Source: Phoronis australis (lineage: Eukaryota; Animalia; Phoronida). From it: a stretch of DNA of 64,000 bases. The stretch is from the NCBI GenBank assembly GCA_002633005.1, contig NMRA01000067.1, positions 664,252-728,251 on the forward strand, given 5' to 3'. The notes below the pieces were generated by a model. The model did not search any database. It was not told the origin of the DNA and saw nothing but the letters and a program-made list of their open reading frames with translations. Positions 56,179-64,000 of the stretch are shown piece by piece. The stretch's first letter is position 1. Every line of letters begins with the position of its first letter. A program made the translations under genes and the position numbers.

Positions 56179-56423
56179 CCGTAAACTCGCGGGTCAACAC
56201 CCATGCCTGTGTAATCGCCCATCCCCGACTTTTGGCCAATTTTCGGTTTTTAGCGCCCACTACTCGAGTAGTCTCCCATCCCCTACTTTGGGCAAATTTC
56301 CCCTAAGTGCCTACCTCTTGGCTAATCGCAAAACCCCGACTTTTGGCCAATTGTTCACTTCAAGCACCCTCTGCCAAAGGTTCCCCATTTAAGCGCCCAG
56401 GGTGTTAACCCGCGAGTTTACGG
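56179..56423. mobile_element. Tc1/mariner-superfamily (Tc2/pogo-like) MITE, 245 bp
   Basis: TA TSD on both sides. 24-bp TIR CCGTAAACTCGCGGGT(C/T)AACACCC with 1 mismatch. Three internal CCCCGACTTTTGGCCAATT-like sub-repeats. Confidence 0.9.
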
Positions 56424-57845
56424 TAAAATAACCTTCTATCACGACCCAGCTCACAACCTGCTTTGCATTGCTAGTACAGTAAAAAGTCACCATTTTTATG
56501 ACACAATATGGTAGACTATATTAATTTTTTTCATCTAGGATAAGTACCATCAAATATATTTTTAGTTATGCACCACAGCTCACAAGCAGACGATGATATA
56601 AGAGATTATGGGCATTCAAAATAATGCTACAAGCATTTGAAGTTGAACAAAGACCACACTTGCAATGATTTCTATGATATTTTACCGAAATTCTGCATAA
56701 AAACCAACTACTGTACATTTCATTTTATCACTCACATGCCCGTTTCAAAATGTCTCTTAAAAATTGTGAAGTTTTACTTCACTGGACAACAAATGGGCTG
56801 TTCACTTAACTTCAACGCCTAGACTGTGACCAGGCACCCATTAGGCTACTATCCATAAACCCTCGGTCTGTGGCAAAGTGTTATCAGTTGTAATTTTTAA
56901 ACATTTCATAAGCTTTTAGGTAGCTCAGCGACTTTCCCATGGGACTTTATACAAATCTACTCTGGCTCAAGACTGGTGACTAAATCACAAAGTGGTCCCA
57001 AGAAGTGTGACCTGATGCCAGGATACGAGTGTGCTATCCTTTTTTAAAACACAATTATTTCCACTCTCTGGCACTGGTAGGACTCAGTTATTTTTCCGCC
57101 CTACCTATATGCTAAGTAGGTGAAGATTCATCAGATGACATATTAAAACAAAAACTGTTTCCGTGGTAGTGTTTTGTCATTTTCGTAGAAAATAATGAAG
57201 TTCAATCAAATCCCCAGAGCCCCCAGGCCAGGGATCTGCAACAGGATTAATAAGACTACAAGTCTTTACACTAGCAAGCTTTACGGCACTAAATAGGAAA
57301 CATTCGACACAAGTCCTAAGTTTGCTAACCTCAAAGGGAATACACTGCTGTTTAGCTGTCAAAGTTGAATTCTTTAAAGGATACTAAACCCCGTTTTGAT
57401 GATTTCAACCAATCCTCATTCTGTCACCTGCTTGTGCATCATTGGTGTAGGCAGGAATCAACTAAAAAGTCATAGTCCCTATGTCATAGATTGGACATCA
57501 TGATCCTTCAGGTAGGTAGTCTTTCCCACAGTTACTGGGTAACTCACTAAAAACATAGTAGGTCATGATGCTTGTTGTCCATTTAGTAGAATTTGAAAGA
57601 AGTTTTTAAATTTTCCTCCAAACATCTGAGGGCTGTCAAGGGTTACAGAGCATTATTTTGTTTCAGAGAACTCGAAGGGAAAGTCATTTTTAGAGTCGGT
57701 AATAGGCCAACCCGGTTTATCCTTTTAACAGAAGAGCTTTAGGATTTAAAAACATCGCCACACTTAAGTCTGATCCTTAAATTGCTGTCAAATGAGCCGG
57801 TAACTCAAGTGGCAGACAATGGATATATGCGCCATTCGCCAATTC

Positions 57846-57976
57846 CATGGGCGGTGCAGCACTGAAAAAAGTGGGGGGCTATAGCCCCCTGTGGTGCACC
57901 GCCCATAAACCATCGGCGGCGCGGCACTGAAAAAATGGAGCTGTAGCCCCGAGCCCCCTACGGTGCGCCGCCCATG
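57846..57976. mobile_element. Dimeric GC-rich MITE, copy 1, 5-bp TSD AATTC
   Basis: AATTC|CATGGGCGGTGCA...TGCGCCGCCCATG|AATTC, made of two head-to-tail ~60-65-bp TIR-bounded monomers. Confidence 0.88.
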
Positions 57977-58329
57977 AATTCATAATTAAAGGGTTGGTCA
58001 ACCTGGAGCTTTAAACTCTGAAACATTTTTCTTGAGTTGATGATGTCTTTGATGTTCTTATCAAAATCTGTCACCCACTGTAAGGAATTTTATGAACAGA
58101 AGTGGCTTAAAGAGTTCCCACCGACCCTGGGTCTCAAAAAATTTTATTAATACATCTTAAGAGATCTAGTAGCCTTTAGTACACCAGTTGCCAAGAAATA
58201 AGCCAAAAAAATAGTTTTCTGTTAACAGGCTCAATTGTACGTAATGGGTGGAAGACCATCTCCGCCATTGTTGCTTTTACTAGTTCGATATTGAGGAGTT
58301 GTGAGGAAAGTCTGCGGAGAGCCATCTAT

Positions 58330-58530
58330 ATGAAAAGGTGCGTTTGTGGAGTCTGTAATAACAGCCACTTTTCCCAAGAACGTGTCTGCGTTCAAATTTC
58401 CTAAAGATGTGAAAGTTGTACAGAAATGGCATCGCGGTTTGTGTGCCGTACGAGAGTGTGGAATGTCAGTGTGGAACATGCAATTTGGTCGGGAGCCACA
58501 CTTAGTTCGGCACATTGCAAGGAACAGTGA
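58330..58530 (+). pseudogene. Frameshifted THAP zinc-finger (transposase N-terminus)
   Basis: Joining three frames gives MKRCVCGVCNNSHF/KNVSAFKFPKDVKVVQKW/RFVCRTRVWN...ATLSSAHCKEQ*. This matches THAP C-x4-C...F.FP.D....W...R..W...LCS.HF with the last C and F mutated. Confidence 0.75.
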
Positions 58531-58746
58531 ACCAAACACAAAAGTGGCGTTACGATGAAGGACTCGCCAGTTTGTAAGTGTGTTTGCAAATTTTATAAAT
58601 AATGAACAAACTTCTTCCATTCTAGGACTAGTGATGCTAGGCCCAGATTGAGTGCTACGACACGTAGGCTTCTGAACTGTGTTTACCGGGCTTTCCATCA
58701 TGGCAGTAGTGAATACCAGGTTTACTGTGGTTGTTGTCAAAGATTA

Positions 58747-59034
58747 TTAAGTGTCTATTTTGTGAATATTCCTGGACCACTACTTGGTTTTAAGTGTCTA
58801 TTTTGTGAATATTCCCGTACCACTCCTTGGTTCAGTTGGTTGTGACTCACATAGTGTCTGCGACAATTCTCGAGCAAGTGGGTCGAGTTCATATGCCCTC
58901 AAAGCCGACAAAAGTTTGCTAAGTGGGAACTTGATGCCTGATTCTTCTAGTGAGAGTGTGATTCCCGTATCAACTCTCCTCAGTCTGATTCTTCTAGTGA
59001 GAGTGTGATTCCCGTATCAACTCTCCTCTGTCTG
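58747..59034. repeat. Two local tandem duplications inside the transposon (2 x 43 bp; 2 x 47 bp)
   Basis: TTAAGTGTCTATTTTGTGAATATTCC... starts at 58747 and 58790. CTGATTCTTCTAGTGAGAGTGTGATTCCCGTATCAACTCTCCTC... starts at 58938 and 58985. Confidence 0.92.
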
Positions 59035-59290
59035 TATACCGGTAGTAGTTGTCCAGCAGTTCTCGCTCAAAATTGTCCTCATTTTCTGGTGGTTGCTGTG
59101 TACAATGTATCATTGTAATTGATTACCATTAGTGACTAAACGTTTACCACCCTTAACATCATTTGGCAAAATTAAAAAATCCAGGACTATTTGGCATAAA
59201 AACTTCTCAAAGTTAGATTTTATGGTATTCATTTCATATTAGCTAACTGAAACCTCAAAACTAAGAAAATGCGTGGTGGGAACTCTTTAA

Positions 59291-59700
59291 GGTTATGAAA
59301 GACTTCATCAACAAGTACGTGTATTCAACCAAAAAGTAACAAAATTGTAGACTTTAACTTTGATAAAAAATTAATTGTCTTCTGAAAGCAGAGAGCCTTT
59401 AGATTGGATTTTTGACTTTATACCAATCCGCTATTGCTTGGGTCATGTGACCATGTTTTCGTGGTAAATTGGCAAAAATGAAAGCTATAATCATACCAAA
59501 GAGTTTCAAACATGTGACCGAATTTCTTTTGAAATAAATGGTAAAGATGAAATATCAAAGACAATACAGTTTTTTAAACTATCATTTTGTTTTCATTTTA
59601 TGCAACCTTTCATTTTTTCACAGAAATTATAAAATGGATATAAACTCATATATTGAAACTCTGACAGAGCGACACTTGCCGAAATCGACAGAATGAGGGA
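59291..59700 (-). mobile_element. Dispersed AT-rich repeat, copy 4 of 4
   Basis: TTAA|GGTTATG end. The reverse complement of 59400-59452 (GACCCAAGCAATAGCGGATTGGTATAAAGTCAAAAATC) matches 27465-27505 and ~38480-38520. The right boundary is approximate. Confidence 0.6.
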
Positions 59701-60310
59701 ATATACAGGCGACTGGAAGCAGTTTTGGATGCAAATGATCAGCTCAGAGTTCATAACATCGCTACTGACAATGTCAAAAACACTGCTATAAGTAACAATT
59801 CCTAACAACATTTGAGAACAAAACATGGTTAATTTAAGTTTCATGAATGTTAAATCAGCCATTTCTAAGACATCATGTTTTTCCTGGGTTTCTACATAAA
59901 CGTATTTCGACAGCTTAATACTGAGGAAATGCAATATTAAAACTTTCAGAATGTGATATATGGCATTCTGGAGACATCAGCTTAAAGTCCTTTTGCAAAA
60001 AAAATCACCAGGTTTGAATTTAGCAATAAGCATCAAAATTGTGGGTATAGACTTAAGGGACACAGGAATGCTTTTAACTATAATTTGTCAAGTATGTTTC
60101 AAACCTTCAAAAAGAATTTAACAGATTCTCTGTTTTGGCTCCAAGTTTAAAAGTTTCATCTTTTGCAAAAATATGTTTGTGATATTATAATTAACTGAGA
60201 ATAAGATTAAGATCAGAGCAATTTTACAACTCACTACCATAAACAAAGACAGTATGTGAAGTGAAGTCCATACCATGCTCATGCAAAAGCAATACTCAGT
60301 GGCAACTCAC

Positions 60311-60344
60311 CTTTTCCTTGGAATCAAGAAATCACTCAATAATT
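60311..60344 (-). other. Candidate 34-nt exon
   Basis: ttgattgttttag|AATTATTGAGTGATTTCTTGATTCCAAGGAAAAG|gtgagt has a near-consensus donor. Phase 1 in, phase 2 out, reading (E)LLSDFLIPRK. Confidence 0.45.
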
Positions 60345-61824
60345 CTAAAACAATCAATCCAGGGTCTAGCCTTAGTACAGACTTTCTTTTTTGATTAGCA
60401 AACTTGACAAGAGACTGCAATAATCACTATCATGTTATCGTTATTACCACAATGTCAGGTAGGAACTGGTGAAGTACTGAAAGTGATAATTAGCAGGTGG
60501 ATACACCTGAGTCTAGCTGTCAATATAATGATCATAAGGTTCAGAGAAGCAGAAATAATAGGTATGGTAGACTTTGCGTCTCCAAATGAATAATAGCCAG
60601 AAATGATTAAATGAGATGGGAGACCTGTTTCAACAACCCATTTGTTTTTACAACTATTTAGAGTTCGTAACTAGGGTAACTGACTTCAGGGAGGATTCAG
60701 CTCATTCAATTTCTGCAGTGGCCTCAAGGACAGGAATTTCAGTGACCCTCATGCACTTCTGTTTTCCATGCATACACTAATCAGGATTTTATGGAGTTGC
60801 CTACGACTGTTTTAAACGATTATCAAGAACATTTTGAAGTGTACTTGGCCTACTTTAGTTTCAGTAGGCTGAAACACGTAACACAATACATAATGCATAA
60901 GTTTGACAGTGAACCGAACCATAGAAACATGTCCGCATAAGCGTCAAATCATTCGCACAGAAAACATAAACCTCAACATCGTGAACACAAAAAAACATGC
61001 TTTCGAAATGAAATCCATAAATATACTAACATAAAATCATTAACGCGCACACTCTGAAAATGAATACCAACCAGAAGTTCTTATGGTTTGTTTCTAGGTT
61101 CATGCTTTTTTAGATGTATGTCTCATTCCTGCATCTATACATGGTGCAGTGACTCATGTGTATAACTCCAAGGTACCAATACAGTATAGGGGTTTACACA
61201 GATCATCATCATATTTATATCCCAGAGGCACAACCTCAAATAAAAAGTAGGGGGCTATGCCATAGAACCGACTTGAAATTTCACAACCATGCCCCTATCC
61301 ACAGGTGGATTTAGGGGTCTAACCTAATTTTCCAACAAAAAAAATTTTCTCACAACTCCTAAAATTTCATACCAGGTAATGTTTACTGCTTCTTTACTTT
61401 GCATTACGGAATGCCTGGGGACCAGTCCTATATGGCACCAACTTGAAAGTCAAAGACTATTAGCTATGTCTATGATCTAAGATGGCACGTTATGCCCAAT
61501 TGACACAATACTGACCTACTACTATAAAAGTGGAGAAAATAACGAGGCCAGAATTGTACTTTTCCATTTTTCAAACGCTTACTGTATTGTTTTAAAAATC
61601 AGGTGTTTGTTGATGACAACTGTACGATACAGAATAAATTAAATTATACAAACAATCAAAATAAGTGGAATTTTTCTACCACTTTATTTTTGATGAAACA
61701 AAATTTCAATGTTCCTCCAAAGCAGGCCTAATGCTATCAGTCATAAAATCTAGTTACCGAAGACGACGTAGTGGATTGGGACCTAACAGCTCACGCGCGA
61801 ACGCCCAATCACAATGTATCTCAC

Positions 61825-62110
61825 CCATGCAGGTCCCAGTCGTAACACAATTGGTCTCATGCATAGTCTGTCAGTCAACGATGTTCTCTCACTCAGAGAA
61901 CAACAGAAAGCGTGGCCAGCACTCATGTTCCAAATAAACGTACCGTATGCCCATTAAAAATTATGCATGTCCCTTTAGCTACTTCAATCTGCGAGGTAGA
62001 ATTCCTCCTGCGTGCGGTCGTCTGCTTCTGCGGACGGCAGAAGCGCGTGACGTCTATCGGCCAGCATGTGCGATTTCATGACGGCTGCTGCAGCTGGAAA
62101 ATTATGACCC
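61825..62110 (-). promoter_or_regulatory. CpG-rich putative promoter and first exon of a minus-strand gene
   Basis: Local CpG density is visibly higher than in most of the window. CRE-like TGACGTC lies at ~62048. The donor ATGG|gtgaga at 61825/61824 has in-frame ATGs at 61864 and 61828. Confidence 0.4.
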
Positions 62111-62114
62111 ATCC

Positions 62115-62259
62115 CATGGGCGGCGCAGCTCTGAAAAAAGTGGGGGGCTAAAGTCTCCTCAGCACCCCTGTGGTGCACCGCCTATAGAATGCGTGCGGCG
62201 TAGCACTGAAAAAAGTGGGGAGCTATAGCACCCCAGCCCCCTATGGTGCGCCGCCCATG
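62115..62259. mobile_element. Dimeric GC-rich MITE, copy 2, 5-bp TSD CATCC
   Basis: CATCC|CATGGGCGGCGCA...TGCGCCGCCCATG|CATCC, with a perfect 13-bp TIR and the same two-monomer layout as 57846-57976. Confidence 0.9.
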
Positions 62260-62790
62260 CATCCAACAGAAAGTGTGCTCGAAGAAGGTGACCCATTTGT
62301 AGGGAGCTTCCCCGAAAAAGTTACCCTTTCGTTGGTTTTTATTCCAGAAACACCACTCTTTTTTGTATTGGCCAATAAACCCAATCCTTTCATAGATCTA
62401 TGAGGGTTCTTGAGTTGACAACTGTTCTTACTTGTCGTTTTTTTTTTAATTCACTTGAAGTTCCATTCAGCCCGAAAGAAAGAAATGCCATGATATCAAA
62501 GGTGAGTATATAACAAGCAACAAACGCTTTTAAAAAGACAATATTGAAAACCTTTTAGAGAGTACCGAGCCCTCAACGTGAACCCAGAGGGAACGATTAG
62601 CTCAGTTTCGTATGGCAGTTGTCAGAACGGGCTCCCTTTCGTTGGGAAGCAGCCGGTAATTCAATGTTCATCGATTTCTTTAAAATGAGAATTCCGATAG
62701 TAACAAACTAGGTAATTTGTAGAACAACTTTCAACCAACAAAAATACCAAATGAGTGAAAAACCCACGTTTCGAATAGTAGGTAAATAAT

Positions 62791-62925
62791 CAGTGGCGGA
62801 TTTAGGGGGGGGTACAGATGTGCCATATTCAATTTGGTACTACGGAGATGCTAATGTCGGATGGGCAAAATCCTCTGTCCTACCCCTCCCCATCCCCCTA
62901 ACTCAAAATTCTGGATCAGCCCCTG
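62791..62925. mobile_element. MITE with CAG(G/T)GGCGGAT-type TIRs
   Basis: CAGTGGCGGATTTAGGGGG ... TTCTGGATCAGCCCCTG. Flanks ATAAT/ATAGT may be a 5-bp TSD with one change. Confidence 0.7.
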
Positions 62926-62988
62926 ATAGTACTGGGTGTAGAAGTGCGACCACAATGTGAAGGCATTCAGCTTTATTTAGACTTCTTC

Positions 62989-63626
62989 GCTGCCATTGTT
63001 ACCTCTTTGTATCAATGGAATGGTTCTTTTAATACTCCAGATAATTACAGCCAGCGGCCTAGTCCCAGTTGTAAGCTTTTCACTTTATGTTGCATTGAGA
63101 CCCAGTTTACGCTTTCACCCGAGCTTGGTGCTATTGGCGATGAACAGGGTGGATTTAGGTCAAAGCACTCTACTGTAGATAACAGTTTTGTTTTACATTG
63201 TGTTCTTGATTTTTACCTTCAGAAACACAAAAGAATTCTTCATTTGCAGATTTCATTAAAAGCGTTTGATCAAGTAAGTAGGCCATCCTCATAAACATTT
63301 GTTGGGTCATGCTTTTGGGCAAAACTATTAAACCAGGGTGTCATTTTTGTTGTTTTTACAAGAAAATAATGGCTTTGGAATTACCGGTAGATTTACAAAA
63401 TGAATTGCTTGACCAAGTTATATTTCAATTTTTTTTGTACGGCTCTAGTACCAAGATCTTCAAAACACTGAAAATTTCCTCAGATGGTTTTAAAACATAT
63501 TTTCCATGTACACATAAGAACCTTATGGAGATACTGGCAGAATGGAGTTATCGTTGTATTAATAATACAATCATGGTTAACTTTTGGTTCACTCTTGACA
63601 GTGACAATTCATCAATATTATCTTGA
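62989..63626 (+). pseudogene. Decayed, internally deleted non-LTR retrotransposon RT fragment (RTE-X-like)
   Basis: IVTSLY..NGSFNTPDNY...CKLFT...IGDEQGGFRSKHSTVDNSFVLH...KAFDQVSR matches the early LINE RT motifs. The next frame, LPVDLQNELLDQVI..FLYGS...MVNFW, matches the post-RT region. The central YADD region is absent. Confidence 0.85.
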
Positions 63627-64000
63627 CTCTTACAGGCGGTAGGTACGTCAGATCCGACTTTGATACATGACATGCATACATGGCTGCCAATCGTCCTTCG
63701 TCACGGCCCGCATGGTCGTTCTCATTAACGACGCCCTTTTCTTACGCGCTGCAGTTTTCTCATCAACACTCCTCGTCAACACTAATGAATGAGCAAACGG
63801 CCCATAGCATGTTGAAGCCTTTGACGCGAGCTGTCAGCTCGGCATTCATTGAGGCATTCAGCTAAACTCGCAGCTTTCTGTCGCACGACTCTTAACTGTA
63901 GAGAGAATGAATGTTGCTTGACATCTGTGAAACATTCTTTTCACCACGCAAATTATAAGCTTTTGTCGTTAACAAATAAGTAAGGGCCACCATCTCAGTC

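Larger units (their letters stand above)
58111..59286 (+). mobile_element. Internally deleted Kolobok-type DNA transposon (1176 bp)
   Basis: TTAA|AGAGTTCCCACC ... GGTGGGAACTCT|TTAA: perfect 12-bp TIR, TTAA TSD and AG..CT termini. Contains a decayed THAP domain. Confidence 0.85.

Noticed and set aside
58231-58740. Longest ORF in the track (169 aa, minus strand)
   Set aside because: Largely antisense to the decayed THAP region inside the transposon, with a non-ATG start and no domain of its own that I recognise.

Overview
AT-rich eukaryotic DNA that looks like a marine invertebrate (inferred from the transposon types and CpG depletion). There is no long ORF, operon, rRNA, intact tRNA or CRISPR array. 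The window reads as mostly intronic or intergenic sequence. The + strand looks A/C-rich, consistent with a long minus-strand transcript, and the DNA becomes CpG-rich near 61.7-64 kb. Well-supported features: (1) an internally deleted Kolobok-type DNA transposon (58111-59286; TTAA TSD, 12-bp TIR, decayed THAP domain); (2) a decayed RTE-X-like LINE fragment (~62990-63626); (3) several MITEs, including a TA-TSD Tc2/pogo-like element, an Academ-like element and a dimeric element with 5-bp TSDs present twice; (4) tandem repeats with 60-, 82-, 45- and 27-bp units; (5) three single-'n' junctions where two haplotypes of one locus appear to be assembled in tandem, exposing allelic indels. More speculatively, a chain of short, splice-site-bounded, phase-compatible minus-strand exons may encode the N-terminus of an unidentified protein. 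I cannot claim a new biological system from this sequence alone.
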